Below are positions 1-10,673 of a stretch of 64,000 bases of DNA, in pieces (the first letter of the stretch is position 1; each line of letters opens with the position of its first letter). Source of the DNA: a virus; the IMG/VR virus record IMGVR_UViG_3300029288_006769, positions 122,367 through 186,366 of that record; one strand, 5' to 3'. The translations under genes were made by a program, and so were the position numbers. The notes under the pieces are model-generated. The model did no database searches. It was given only the letters and a program-made list of their open reading frames with translations, and was not told the DNA's origin.

Positions 1-187
1 GCAGTTCTTTTTAAAGCTTGTTTTTGTTGTTGTGTTTCTTTTTCGGCACTAATTTTAGCATTTTCTGCGTCAAATTCAATAGAATCATATGGTTCATAAG
101 TGTTAGCCCAGTCTTCCCAAGAACCCTGTGAAAGTAAAGAAGAAATTTGTTTTATTTGTTTCCAAAAATCTTTTGTCATTGTATACT

Positions 188-736
188 TTACATTAAACTG
201 AGACATTTCTTTATTCTTTCATCTAAATCTTTTTCTTTAATCTCTACTACATTTTGCTGTCCAAACATTTTAAAAATGCCCAATAAATCGGTATTAGATT
301 TCTGTCTCCATTGTGCATCAAAATGTAAGTCTGGTCTAACACCGTCATCCTTAGGCTCAACACTTGGATCTAGATGAAATATTATATCATATCTACTATT
401 AAGATTCAACAATCTCTTGAATAAATAATTATATGCTATCAAATCTTTAGGATTCTCGAATAGGACAAGATCCATTGCAAACAAAAAACCAAGATATATA
501 GGACTATCAGTTATCATAAAATCCGCCTGTTGTACGACACTGTCTTCCCATTCTATCTGTTTGCTAGTCACAATGATTTGTTCCCAAATGGTATCTATGG
601 ACCTATGCTTTGAAATATAACTACGGGCATACTCGCTGATTAGCTCGACATGTTTATCAATACATGCACTTGCTAAAGCTCTTGCTAATGTAGTTTTACC
701 CGAACCAGGTATGCCCGAGATGCCAATTCGCTTCAT
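188..736 (-). CDS. P-loop NTPase, NadR C-terminal-like ribosylnicotinamide kinase (AAA_28) candidate
   Basis: Walker A GISGIPGSGKTT; EYARSYI and FMITDSP segments resemble the NadR nicotinamide-riboside kinase domain. Confidence 0.4.
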   Translation of the reverse strand: MKRIGISGIPGSGKTTLARALASACIDKHVELISEYARSYISKHRSIDTIWEQIIVTSKQIEWEDSVVQQADFMITDSPIYLGFLFAMDLVLFENPKDLIAYNYLFKRLLNLNSRYDIIFHLDPSVEPKDDGVRPDLHFDAQWRQKSNTDLLGIFKMFGQQNVVEIKEKDLDERIKKCLSLM

Positions 737-1080
737 GGTAATTTAAAAACAAGGGTTTTACATTTAAATTCAGCTTGTACTTTTATATCTTTTGCAGGTT
801 GTTTTAATCCAAAAAACTTGAAAAAACCACGCACGTTTAAATAAGCATTCTTTTGATTTAACCCTCTTATAGACAATGGTGATTTATCAAAAGTAAGTCC
901 AAAAGTAACACCTGCTTCTTTTGTTTCGGAATCGAACCACACTTGTGCTACATGATCATTTCGTAATTGAAGTTTTAAGATAATTGAGCGGCTTAAAAAG
1001 AGTTTTTCTTGTGGAGTCAGTCTGACTGTATAAATAGCAATTTTTCTACGATAAGGTTGGTCAAACAATTTCCATGTCAT
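733..1080 (-). CDS. hypothetical protein
   Basis: ORF tightly packed with (overlapping) the downstream and upstream genes in the same orientation. Confidence 0.3.
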   Translation of the reverse strand: MTWKLFDQPYRRKIAIYTVRLTPQEKLFLSRSIILKLQLRNDHVAQVWFDSETKEAGVTFGLTFDKSPLSIRGLNQKNAYLNVRGFFKFFGLKQPAKDIKVQAEFKCKTLVFKLP

Positions 1081-1550
1081 TTAGGATACACCACGACAGA
1101 TTCATTTAAGAAAGTAACTTCTATCCCAGCTTGCTTAAATACATCTTCTGAAGCTGCTCCTTGATGGTATTTTTGCTTGCAAACAACACGTGCAATACCA
1201 ACCTGAACTATACTCATAGCGCATCTCATACAAGGCGTCATTGTACAATACAAAGTACCACCTTTGAGAGAAACACCAATATGTGCAGCTTGAAGTATTG
1301 CATTCATTTCAGCATGGATAGTCCTGTGACAATGTTCGGACTTTGTTCCATCCTGATGAACTACCGTTTCAAGTAAATGACCAACTTCAGAACAATCAGG
1401 AAACCCAGAAGGTGCCCCGACATAACCTGTCACCAAAATCCTGTTGTTTTTAGTAATGACACAACCAGATTTCCCTCGATCACACGTCGCTCGTAATCCA
1501 ATCGTATCGACTGTCAACATGAAATATTCATCCCAATTTGGCCGACTCAT
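1077..1550 (-). CDS. dCMP deaminase (cytidine/deoxycytidylate deaminase family)
   Basis: zinc-binding motifs HAEMNAI and PCxxC (TPCMRCA). Confidence 0.85.
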   Translation of the reverse strand: MSRPNWDEYFMLTVDTIGLRATCDRGKSGCVITKNNRILVTGYVGAPSGFPDCSEVGHLLETVVHQDGTKSEHCHRTIHAEMNAILQAAHIGVSLKGGTLYCTMTPCMRCAMSIVQVGIARVVCKQKYHQGAASEDVFKQAGIEVTFLNESVVVYPK

Positions 1551-4500
1551 ATACTCCTCTGCTTTCTAGAAATTAGTTTTGGTTTGCTTTCTTTGACTAT
1601 TTCGTTAACAGTCTCAGAATCTGCCACACGTTTTTTTCTAGAAATCATTTTAATGGGTTCACCAAGTTCTAATCTAATAGCATTCGTCTCTGTTAAAGTA
1701 GCAGGTGTATCGTTCTTGAACAATTCTGTAAGTATCTCTTGCCTTGCTCCTTTCATTTTTCTCGAAATCAGCTTAGGTTTTTTAGGTTCTGTTTGTTCTG
1801 TTATTTCGGGTTGTTTTTCTGTTTGCAGATTGAATTTGCTCAAAGCATCATATCCTTCAGTGTTCTTTATTTTTGTGATATCTGACAAATAAAAAACATG
1901 ATCAGAATATTTCTTGTTCTTTGCTTCTTCGAAATAAAGCTTACCTGAAACAAGATCGCCCTCTTCAATTTTCAAATCTTCTGCATCATTCAAAATACAA
2001 TCATCTATTCTTGTAGTGCCATCATAAATTGTTGCAAAATACATGATATACGGTTTTTGTGTTTTTTTGCCTATTCCAGCAAGTCTTCTAAACTTACTCA
2101 CAAAAACAATCATTGGAATTGCATTATTTCTACTCAAAGTCTTACCCTGAGCAGCAGCTTTTTCGACACCCTTTAAAGAATATTCTCTGTTTGTTGCTTC
2201 TTTCAAATCTTTTGAAACAATAAGACCTGTATGTTCAAATTGTTTTTGCAAGAAATTTGTCGTATCAATTTCTTCACCAATTTCTTTTTTGAACAACTCG
2301 ACTGTATCATCAAATTTAATTGCTTCCGAATAAATAAGAGCTTTAATCACTCTTTTATTTACCACTCTTCTTGTTACTCTACTCAAAAAATCTTTAAAAG
2401 AAGTATAAGGTTGATTTTCTTGGATATTTGTAGCAGCCTTAGACCCTACATCTTTTATATGCCCAAATGCATAACACAAAGAACCATCGGGTTTTATTCT
2501 AAACATATCAGCACCTGAATCGTTTATGTCAGGTTTATTTATCTTTACATTAAAACTCTTTTGAATTTCTGTTACATAATTCTGAAAAAGATTTACTTTT
2601 TTGCCGTCTTGCATTGCTTCAGTATTTTCTGTGTTAGAAAGAAGAGAAGCAAAATACTCATTAGGATAATATGTTCTCAAATACATCATTATATAAGCCA
2701 TCATAGCATAAGCGCAAGAATGGCTTCTATTAAACGAATATTTTGAAAAATTCTTCATTGTATCCATTATTTCTTCAATTCTTTTATCGTCATAATTTGT
2801 ATTCTTATGACAACCTGCTCTAAACTTGTCCATCATATGATTAAACTCAGTATAATCTGTTTTGCCTTTAAATAGTAACTTGAAGACATGTCGAGACTCA
2901 TCAGCTTCAGACAAAGTAAAGCCACCAAGTTCTTGGAATACTCTCATTGAAGATTCCTGGTACAGCATCATTCCATAAGAGTCAGCAAGAACACGTTCAA
3001 ACGGATCCTGTTTTGCTTTCTCGTAATCATAATTTTCTTTATTTTTGAGATACATTTCTAAACCGCCTGCTTGTATAACGGCAGGACGATACAAAGCGTT
3101 TATAGCAACAAGATCGACAAATTTTTCAGGTTTTGCTCTTTTGACGAACTTCGTAATGTTCTTTCCTTCAAACTGAAAAATGCTAAATGTTCTGGCTTGA
3201 TTGAATTGTTCAAGTACTTTGGGATCATCATCATTATCTATAATATCTTGTAATTTAACTTTGCCTTGTAATAATTTCAATGTGTCACTGATAATAGTGC
3301 AAGCATTTAAACCAAGAATATCAAATTTCATTAGACCAGCATCAGTCATTAATCGAGTATCACCACCTTCTGGGTACCCTGTTGCTATATTGTCACTAAT
3401 CCGCATAATAGGGATGAATCGTTCTAGATTATCAGGTGCAATAATAACACCACCTGCATGCATTGAATAATGACGGTTTTTCCCGACTAAAACTCTTGCA
3501 ATATCAAATTGTTTTTTATGTTCTTCAATAAAGTTCTTTGCCCAGTCACCTTCCAATGCAATCATTTTTTGAATTGCATCATCGAACACATCATCGTCAT
3601 TTTCAAGGCATTTAGAAAGTCTATCGACACTGTCTTTTTTTTCTGTCCCAAAATAAACTCTAAACGTATCCCTTATTGCATTCTTAATCCCGAATGTGCC
3701 AAATGAAATTACATGAGAAACAGAATTAATCCCATATTTACCCTTTAAATACTCTTCAATCTTGTATCTTGTTTTAGAATCAAAATCAAGATCAATATCA
3801 GGAGGATCTAATCTTTTTTCATTTAGAAAGCGTTCGAAATAGAGCCCATATTTTATAGGATCAATTTTTGTAATGCCAAGTAAATGAACCACTAAGCTAC
3901 CGGCCCCGCTTCCACGGCCGCAGCCTACAAGTACGTCATGTGTCTCGGCATAATTGACAATGTCAGCAACAATCAAGAAGTAATCTTCCATTCTTTTGAA
4001 TTTGATTGTTTCAAGTTCTGATTTTACTCTAGCCACATAATCAGGTCTATTGTCCCAACCTTTTTCTTTCAATGCTTCAAATGCTTTTCTCTCAAGAATT
4101 TCATATGAATTGTCAGCAAACTTAGGCATAATAACTTCTGGCGCCCGAGTAAGCTTTACTTTTTCGATTTTGCTGTCTATTTCTAGTGTGCGATCTAAAC
4201 ATTGATTAATAAATTCTAGATCATATCCAAGAAATTGAGCTTCAGCAATGATATCCTCTCGTTTTTTGAGCCATAGATTTCTTGACTTATAAACTCTTTT
4301 TTGCCAACTATCGTCTTGAAATGAACCTTTAGAGTTTATAAGTTTCATTACATCATGTACTTCAGCATGTTCTGGTTTCAGATAATGTGTATCTGTTGTC
4401 CATATTAATTTTACGCCAAGACGTTTGTGATTATTTATAGCCCATTGATTAAATGCTGTCTGATCAGCCATTTGAATTTCCATAATTTCAATATAGAAAT

Positions 4501-5008
4501 CCTCTCCAAAAGCTGACTTCATATAATTGATAAATTCAATAGCTTCTGCTTCTTTGTTTTCTAAAACAAGTTTGGGTATTCTTCCACCCATACAAGCTGA
4601 TGAAACAATTAAATTTTTATTGTATTGAACAAGATCTTCATAAAGGATAATTGGTTTGTAGTAGAATGTATTTCTCATAGCTTGACCAAGTAACCAGCAA
4701 AGATCTAAATATCCTTGATAATTTTTAGCAAGTAGGACTAAGTGATCACGCTCTCTTTTTTCTTCTTTGTCATCACTTTCAAATTCTTTTTTGAAAGCGC
4801 AATAAGCTTCAAGTCCAATAATAGATTTTATCCCAGCTTTATTAGCTACTTGATTGAAATAGAGAGAGGCGCATAGATTACCATGATCAGTTACACAAAT
4901 AGAGGGATAATTATTTTCTTTTGCCCATTTGACATATTCATCTACTCCGAGTAGAGCATCTCCATTTGAGAAGTCAGTATGTATATGCAGCGGTAAATAA
5001 TGATTCAT
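1547..5008 (-). CDS. dnaE: DNA polymerase III alpha subunit (DnaE-type, N-terminal PHP domain)
   Basis: 1153 aa; N-terminal PHP motif HLHIHTDFSNGDAL...VTDHGN; size and layout typical of DnaE. Confidence 0.9.
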   Translation of the reverse strand: MNHYLPLHIHTDFSNGDALLGVDEYVKWAKENNYPSICVTDHGNLCASLYFNQVANKAGIKSIIGLEAYCAFKKEFESDDKEEKRERDHLVLLAKNYQGYLDLCWLLGQAMRNTFYYKPIILYEDLVQYNKNLIVSSACMGGRIPKLVLENKEAEAIEFINYMKSAFGEDFYIEIMEIQMADQTAFNQWAINNHKRLGVKLIWTTDTHYLKPEHAEVHDVMKLINSKGSFQDDSWQKRVYKSRNLWLKKREDIIAEAQFLGYDLEFINQCLDRTLEIDSKIEKVKLTRAPEVIMPKFADNSYEILERKAFEALKEKGWDNRPDYVARVKSELETIKFKRMEDYFLIVADIVNYAETHDVLVGCGRGSGAGSLVVHLLGITKIDPIKYGLYFERFLNEKRLDPPDIDLDFDSKTRYKIEEYLKGKYGINSVSHVISFGTFGIKNAIRDTFRVYFGTEKKDSVDRLSKCLENDDDVFDDAIQKMIALEGDWAKNFIEEHKKQFDIARVLVGKNRHYSMHAGGVIIAPDNLERFIPIMRISDNIATGYPEGGDTRLMTDAGLMKFDILGLNACTIISDTLKLLQGKVKLQDIIDNDDDPKVLEQFNQARTFSIFQFEGKNITKFVKRAKPEKFVDLVAINALYRPAVIQAGGLEMYLKNKENYDYEKAKQDPFERVLADSYGMMLYQESSMRVFQELGGFTLSEADESRHVFKLLFKGKTDYTEFNHMMDKFRAGCHKNTNYDDKRIEEIMDTMKNFSKYSFNRSHSCAYAMMAYIMMYLRTYYPNEYFASLLSNTENTEAMQDGKKVNLFQNYVTEIQKSFNVKINKPDINDSGADMFRIKPDGSLCYAFGHIKDVGSKAATNIQENQPYTSFKDFLSRVTRRVVNKRVIKALIYSEAIKFDDTVELFKKEIGEEIDTTNFLQKQFEHTGLIVSKDLKEATNREYSLKGVEKAAAQGKTLSRNNAIPMIVFVSKFRRLAGIGKKTQKPYIMYFATIYDGTTRIDDCILNDAEDLKIEEGDLVSGKLYFEEAKNKKYSDHVFYLSDITKIKNTEGYDALSKFNLQTEKQPEITEQTEPKKPKLISRKMKGARQEILTELFKNDTPATLTETNAIRLELGEPIKMISRKKRVADSETVNEIVKESKPKLISRKQRSI

Positions 5009-5383
5009 TTATACTCCAGCTATTGCTTTAAATTTTATATTGTCTTGTTTAATATCAGGTTTTGGTTGTTCTTCAGGTGAGAGTGGTGGCATAGGGAGTC
5101 GCGACATTCCCATAATTTGTCTTGCTCTTTCTATCTGTCTTGCTTTTGATTCTATAAAAGATTGTTGTCTTTGTCTTTCAGCTTCTAAAGCATCGTGTAT
5201 TTGTATTGCTGAATCAATATAATCTACATATCGTTCTGGATCTCTCAAAACAGTATTCAAGCACGTCTGATGATAATATTGAAATGTAGTTGTATAACCA
5301 GGGTGTTCAACACGTGACAACGAATCGCCACCACATTTACAAAAAAAACATGTTCTGAAGATCCTAAATAAATCAACCGACAT
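5009..5383 (-). CDS. paralog family member 1 (FRIFxxCxxC...YHxxCL zinc-ribbon-like N-terminus)
   Basis: shares an N-terminal motif with the two following ORFs (FRIFRTCFFCKCGGDSLSRV...YYHQTCL). Confidence 0.4.
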   Translation of the reverse strand: MSVDLFRIFRTCFFCKCGGDSLSRVEHPGYTTTFQYYHQTCLNTVLRDPERYVDYIDSAIQIHDALEAERQRQQSFIESKARQIERARQIMGMSRLPMPPLSPEEQPKPDIKQDNIKFKAIAGV

Positions 5384-5716
5384 TCAAGTTCCATTGAATA
5401 TTTGTTTAAATTTTACTAATTCTTCGCTTTTTAAAACTTCTTCAATTGCTTCTTGTTGAACATCTTTAATCCCTTGTAAAGATACAAATTGTTCGCACTG
5501 AAGTTGATGAGCATCACTTATTAATTGGTCATAAACCATTAATGCTTTTTTGATTTTTTTCAAATTATTTTGCGGATCATCAAGAACTCTTTGAAGACAG
5601 TCTTTATGGTAGTAAATATATTTGCCTGCAAAATTTATTCTAGACAAATTATCTTGACTATCGCATACAAAGCATGACTTAAATATTCTAAAAATATCAG
5701 GCATTATCATCTCCAA
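5384..5716 (-). CDS. paralog family member 2 (zinc-ribbon-like N-terminus)
   Basis: IFRIFKSCFVCDSQDNLSRI...YYHKDCL motif shared with neighbours. Confidence 0.4.
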   Translation of the reverse strand: MEMIMPDIFRIFKSCFVCDSQDNLSRINFAGKYIYYHKDCLQRVLDDPQNNLKKIKKALMVYDQLISDAHQLQCEQFVSLQGIKDVQQEAIEEVLKSEELVKFKQIFNGT

Positions 5717-6296
5717 ATATTTTCTTCATCTTGTTTTGTTTATCAATTTTTTTGGGTAGTTCATTGTTTTCTTGTTGTTTACTATTTATAGGTGTTTTTT
5801 TAATATCTATTCTAAACGTAGGAGTCGTTCCAATTCCTACAGGCGATGTAGTTACTGTAGTCATATTCCATGTATAATCATCTGCATAATTTGTAAAATG
5901 AGCTAAATTTTGTGCTAATCTTGACTCGCCTGCTTCTTCTAAAGCTAATCGTATTTGATCATATCTTGTTTCAATTTCTTGTGTTGTTTGCATTTCTTGT
6001 TGGACATCAGATTGTCTTCGAAGTTCTTCTACATGTTGCAAATTTTGTTGTTGTTGCCCGAGAACTAATTGTGTAATTTCATGCGCAATAGTTCTTAAAC
6101 CTTGAGGAATTTCTTGTGTCTGCATTGCTCTCAACAAACAAGAATGATGATAACTAATATAGGGTGGTCCTACGTGGCGTAATCTTTCTGATAATGAGAT
6201 ATGTGTTCTTCTATTACAAAAAACGCATTTTCTGAATATTCTTAGAAAATCAGGCATTTTTCTTCTTCTTTTTAATCTAATTAAAATTTTTTGCAT
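5697..6296 (-). CDS. paralog family member 3 (zinc-ribbon-like N-terminus, Gln-rich coiled-coil C-terminus)
   Basis: FLRIFRKCVFCNRRTHISLS...YHHSCL motif shared with neighbours. Confidence 0.4.
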   Translation of the reverse strand: MQKILIRLKRRRKMPDFLRIFRKCVFCNRRTHISLSERLRHVGPPYISYHHSCLLRAMQTQEIPQGLRTIAHEITQLVLGQQQQNLQHVEELRRQSDVQQEMQTTQEIETRYDQIRLALEEAGESRLAQNLAHFTNYADDYTWNMTTVTTSPVGIGTTPTFRIDIKKTPINSKQQENNELPKKIDKQNKMKKIFGDDNA

Positions 6297-6383
6297 TTGC
6301 TTTTGTCGACAGACTTAGAGCCACAATTTGGACATTTACCATGCTCACCCCTACGAGCAGCATCGCAAGTGTCACACCAAAAC

Positions 6384-6776
6384 TTATGTTTTGTCGCTTG
6401 CTTCGATTTGATTCTGTTCTGCTTTTTTAAGGACATTTACAACTCTTTCAAAATCAAAATTAACAATCTCTTCAGAAATTAAAATTTGTTTGTCTTTATT
6501 TACTAGAGCACAAACATCGCCTTCATTATATGTCTCTATTGAAAGTTCTGCATCTTTCCATAAAAATTTTAAATAAACGCCACTTTCAATAGTACAAGTT
6601 ACTGTTATGGGCTCCAAAGCATAATCTTGAAATAAATAAAAACATACGCCAAACGCATTAAATTTTGCTGTTCTATTAGGTGGTACAGCTCCTTGCTCTC
6701 TCCAATGTTCTGGTAGTTTAAGATTTTCTATTTTGGAATACAAAACTGAAAGAGTTTCAAAATCTGTTATATGCAT
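6384..6776 (-). CDS. hypothetical protein
   Basis: ORF in the operon-like minus-strand block. Confidence 0.3.
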   Translation of the reverse strand: MHITDFETLSVLYSKIENLKLPEHWREQGAVPPNRTAKFNAFGVCFYLFQDYALEPITVTCTIESGVYLKFLWKDAELSIETYNEGDVCALVNKDKQILISEEIVNFDFERVVNVLKKAEQNQIEASDKT

Positions 6777-6782
6777 TTTCTC

Positions 6783-7037
6783 TCATTTCAAAAATAACAT
6801 TGCAATCCAAGTAATAATAGTAACGGGCAAACTTAACTGTCCAAATGCCGGTACAAGTCCAATCAATGCGCCATGCCACCATAAAACAACTGGATCTTTG
6901 TCTGCAAACACAAGCCAAGTATTGATTGCATAGGGCCAGCAAAACGCACCAATAAAAGCGCTAATACCAAGTCCTATACTTATTGTTCCTCCACAACCTA
7001 AACCCATAGCTGCTAAAGTCGCTCTCAAACTAGACAT
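6783..7037 (-). CDS. small hydrophobic/membrane protein
   Basis: 84 aa, almost entirely hydrophobic segments. Confidence 0.3.
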   Translation of the reverse strand: MSSLRATLAAMGLGCGGTISIGLGISAFIGAFCWPYAINTWLVFADKDPVVLWWHGALIGLVPAFGQLSLPVTIITWIAMLFLK

Positions 7038-7048
7038 CTAAAACCTCC

Positions 7049-7558
7049 TCAAATATATTTGTGAAGTGAGAACACAAAAACTCTCATATAACCTTCTTCA
7101 ATAAAATCTTCATATTTTTCTTTTAGTCTCTTGAACACTTCTTTATAACACAAATTGAACGTCTGACAATCAAAAACAAAGTTCCTGTCATAATCCATAC
7201 TTCTGACATAAACATTCATGCAATATTTTCCATCTCTTACATAATGATGGAAATAAGCAATACAATGGTTGTCAGCATCATCATAATTATTGACAAATGC
7301 CCCTTGCCTCGAATTAAAATCAATATTTAAATACCCAAACATATCGATTGATCTACGTATTACAAATTGTCGCTCAATTTCTTCTTCGGGTACTGGTACA
7401 GGTGCTAATTCAAGACAATCTTCAGGTTGCAAACAAAATTCAAAATTAGTTATTTCACGAGTGTCTCTATTTCCCCCTATTCGAATTGATTCATAAAGCC
7501 CAGCTTCGAATTGTCTGTCAATTCTACTTTTCCAATTCTCAATATTCATTTTCAACAT
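7049..7558 (-). CDS. hypothetical protein
   Basis: 169 aa ORF, no motif recognised. Confidence 0.3.
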   Translation of the reverse strand: MLKMNIENWKSRIDRQFEAGLYESIRIGGNRDTREITNFEFCLQPEDCLELAPVPVPEEEIERQFVIRRSIDMFGYLNIDFNSRQGAFVNNYDDADNHCIAYFHHYVRDGKYCMNVYVRSMDYDRNFVFDCQTFNLCYKEVFKRLKEKYEDFIEEGYMRVFVFSLHKYI

Positions 7559-7624
7559 GATGTTTATTCCTTTTTCTATGTTTCTACGACCCAGTCTAGC
7601 CTATTTGTGTATATAACCTAATGG

Positions 7625-8554
7625 TTACACCTTTTTAAGCATAAAAGCCCCTACAGCGGTATAGTCGCTGTGTACAAAGGGAGCGCAAATCATTTTAGCA
7701 AATTTTGGTGGCCAATTTTTATAAGCGTCTTGCAGAGCTTCTTCAATTACTATTGGGTACCCAAGTCTTTCTGTATTTGTAATTGCTTTTTCAAATGTAA
7801 GTAATGGAGAAAAATTTGCTATTTGAAAATAATCTTGTATCATATTTTCAAATTGAAATTTATCCCAGACATAATTATGGTCCCAATGATACAAATCTCT
7901 AAATTCATGCTCAAAAACTAACGTGATATAGAGATAACCACCCGGCTTCAAAACTCTTTGAATCTCAGAAACACATTGTTCTGCATAGAAAAACTTGTCT
8001 TTACAATGATCAAATGCTTCTTGGAAATAAACAAGATCAAAAGAAGAATCTTTGAAATTAAGTAGTTTATTGAAATTACCTGAACAAAAATTGCTTACAA
8101 AAAGATTGTCTTCTTCTTTGAAAGCATCTAAACCATCAACAATAAAAGAAAAATCAAAATCGACTCCCCAATATTCTTTGAATTTGAATCCATTACGTTG
8201 AAATAAACGAGAAACATGTCCATTGTTACAACCTAATTCAAGAACGACTTTATCAGACTTTACTGGGATCAATCTATCAATCATTTTTAAGGCTGAGAAA
8301 TTGTAGAGATAAAATGGAAGTGAATGTGAATTGTAAACATTCCCATAAGCTATTTTTTCGGCTGCTTCATTTGTAGAACAATTTCCTTTTTTTATCATTA
8401 TAGTTTCAAAATTTTCAAGTTCTATCGAATTAAGAAACAATTTGTATTTTTCAAAATTACACATCTTAATTCTTGAAGGTTGTAAAAAAGGCGAGTTCTG
8501 TTGAACAGACACAAATCTATTTGTATTTATCAGATTACGTTCTCTATTTATCAT
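7625..8554 (-). CDS. class I SAM-dependent methyltransferase
   Basis: motif I VLELGCNNG and LKPGGYLYI. Confidence 0.6.
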   Translation of the reverse strand: MINRERNLINTNRFVSVQQNSPFLQPSRIKMCNFEKYKLFLNSIELENFETIMIKKGNCSTNEAAEKIAYGNVYNSHSLPFYLYNFSALKMIDRLIPVKSDKVVLELGCNNGHVSRLFQRNGFKFKEYWGVDFDFSFIVDGLDAFKEEDNLFVSNFCSGNFNKLLNFKDSSFDLVYFQEAFDHCKDKFFYAEQCVSEIQRVLKPGGYLYITLVFEHEFRDLYHWDHNYVWDKFQFENMIQDYFQIANFSPLLTFEKAITNTERLGYPIVIEEALQDAYKNWPPKFAKMICAPFVHSDYTAVGAFMLKKV

Positions 8555-8557
8555 ATG

Positions 8558-9046
8558 TCACCTGTTCGAAAAATGTTCGCTTGCATCTTCTAATGTTATC
8601 ATATCTAAAACAGGGTCTACTTTTTCTTTAAGTTTTTGAGCAACAGTTTCAATAGAAGCTGAATTATCGATTTGAATAAATCTATCTGAATAATCTTTAA
8701 ATTTTTTCTTGCATTCTTGGATGATTTGTTCGTAAATTTTTATGTGTTGTTTGAATGTCTGCAAACTTGATACATGTTTTTCGTTTCTAGCCAAAGCTCT
8801 TCCAAGCAAAACTTTAGAGTCGACTTTAATATAAACAAAACATGCGCCAAGATCCAAGAACTTTTCTATTAGTTTAAAATTTGTTTCTTTTCTTGATGTT
8901 TCTGTTCTATTATAGATTGTATCATAGACTATATTGCAGATTGGCGATCTTGGACTCATATAATATTTATAATCATATAGTTTTGCAAGTTCATGCATCA
9001 GAGAGTCTTTGCCAGAACAGTCTGGACCTAAAAATAAAACTATCAT
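8558..9046 (-). CDS. P-loop nucleotide/nucleoside kinase (dNMP-kinase-like)
   Basis: N-terminal Walker A LFLGPDCSGKDS; small 162-aa kinase fold. Confidence 0.5.
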   Translation of the reverse strand: MIVLFLGPDCSGKDSLMHELAKLYDYKYYMSPRSPICNIVYDTIYNRTETSRKETNFKLIEKFLDLGACFVYIKVDSKVLLGRALARNEKHVSSLQTFKQHIKIYEQIIQECKKKFKDYSDRFIQIDNSASIETVAQKLKEKVDPVLDMITLEDASEHFSNR

Positions 9047-10092
9047 AACCAGTAAGGCTCCATTCCTATATTATTGATTATGCTTTCTATTGTCATTCTT
9101 ATACCAGTTTCTAAAGGGATATACCCTTGATTACTTGCAAAATCTATCTTACAATAACGAAGTTTATCGTCAGACATGTTATGATAATGCAAGTAATCTC
9201 TTGTCCCATCAAAATCAATCCAATCATCTATATGTCTATAAAAAACATCTGGGACGCAAATTCCTCGTACTGCAAATCTGTAAGCAACAAATTCAAAAAG
9301 CTCGAACCAAGTTTTTGAATTTGTATGATTTTCGCCTATATTAAAAACAGGGCGATGTGAAGCACCACCAACGCAAGGAATTGTGTTGTCAAGCAATCTT
9401 TGTGCAAAACTCAAAATACATGTTGCTATATTTTCGACTCTCGTATAAGATTTTGCAGTTCCTTTATTTAACAAAATTTTAAGTTTATGGTTTGCTGGTT
9501 GAGTGATATTCTTGTACATGATATAGATAAATTTTGTTAGAGCACTATGCAAATCATCAGGATAATTTCCAAATCCAAAGACAGGACGTAGTACCAGATG
9601 TTTTGTGTGACATGTATTTTTTACTATCAATTCTCCAGCATATTTGGTAATACCATAAAGAGTTTGGGGATTGATTTTTGTTTCTTCTGTCATTGGTTTC
9701 CTGGGCCCATAATCAGAAGGATCAAGTATAGCTGTAGTCGACAAATAAATAAGCGGTATTTCATATTTATTACAAAGATCAACTATATTCTGCGTACCGA
9801 CGACGTTCGTCCTTATAGCAAGACTAGGGTCCGAAGAACAATAATCAGTTCCAACAAATGCGCCTGAATGAATTACTAGATCTAAATTGCCCCAGGGCGC
9901 TCTTATCAGGTGAGACGTATCAAGGAAATCAAGTTCAGGTTTCCTTACTTTAAAACTTTGGTGCGTTTTGAATGAGTCTAATAGTGTGTGTTCTAGTTGT
10001 GTATTGACAACTTCAAAACCAAAATTCTTTGCTATCCTTTGCATTTGCATTGGAATTGTGCCCGATTCTCCAGTTATTAAAATCTTTTTCAT
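9043..10092 (-). CDS. NAD-dependent epimerase/dehydratase (extended SDR)
   Basis: Rossmann ILITGESGTIP and catalytic YxxxK (YGITK). Confidence 0.75.
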   Translation of the reverse strand: MKKILITGESGTIPMQMQRIAKNFGFEVVNTQLEHTLLDSFKTHQSFKVRKPELDFLDTSHLIRAPWGNLDLVIHSGAFVGTDYCSSDPSLAIRTNVVGTQNIVDLCNKYEIPLIYLSTTAILDPSDYGPRKPMTEETKINPQTLYGITKYAGELIVKNTCHTKHLVLRPVFGFGNYPDDLHSALTKFIYIMYKNITQPANHKLKILLNKGTAKSYTRVENIATCILSFAQRLLDNTIPCVGGASHRPVFNIGENHTNSKTWFELFEFVAYRFAVRGICVPDVFYRHIDDWIDFDGTRDYLHYHNMSDDKLRYCKIDFASNQGYIPLETGIRMTIESIINNIGMEPYWL

Positions 10093-10673
10093 TTTTGCTC
10101 CTTGCAGGCTTGTATTATAAAAGCTTTATATTCCTCTGGTGTGCTTCTCTGATAAGAAAACACATAGCTTGGATGCCATATAGATCTAATAGGTATTTTT
10201 ATATTGTTCTCTAGACATAGATCTAATAGTATTTCAAAAACTTGTCTGCCCATAGCAATAATGATATGAGGTTTCAAGACATTAATTTCTTCTAATAAAA
10301 AAGAGAAGCAAGCTCGAGCACAAGAATTATTTATCGCATTAGTAGATGTAGAGCAGTGAATTACATTGTCGCAAAATATCTCGTCAAACATACCTGTTTC
10401 TTTTAAGAGGTTGTTAAATTTTTCACCAGGCCCAGGGCTACCATTTACTCCTCCAAATGCGTATTCATGTCCAGCAAATCGGTTGTATGAAGGATTCATC
10501 CCGATAAACATAAAGCGGCACTTTTTAGTGCCGCCTCTCCAACCATAAAGTTTTCCAAAACCTTTAGAAATATCTTTTTTGTTTTCTTCTAGATTACATA
10601 ACTCACACTTAGTACAGACTTGAATTTTTTCATTAATCTTTTTTAAGCCGTTTTCTACTTTTGGACTGAACAT
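10089..10673 (-). CDS. uracil-DNA glycosylase superfamily protein (family 4-like)
   Basis: N-terminal CTKCELC, GMNPS...GSPGPG...LL motif region, C-terminal IWHPS motif. Confidence 0.5.
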   Translation of the reverse strand: MFSPKVENGLKKINEKIQVCTKCELCNLEENKKDISKGFGKLYGWRGGTKKCRFMFIGMNPSYNRFAGHEYAFGGVNGSPGPGEKFNNLLKETGMFDEIFCDNVIHCSTSTNAINNSCARACFSFLLEEINVLKPHIIIAMGRQVFEILLDLCLENNIKIPIRSIWHPSYVFSYQRSTPEEYKAFIIQACKEQK

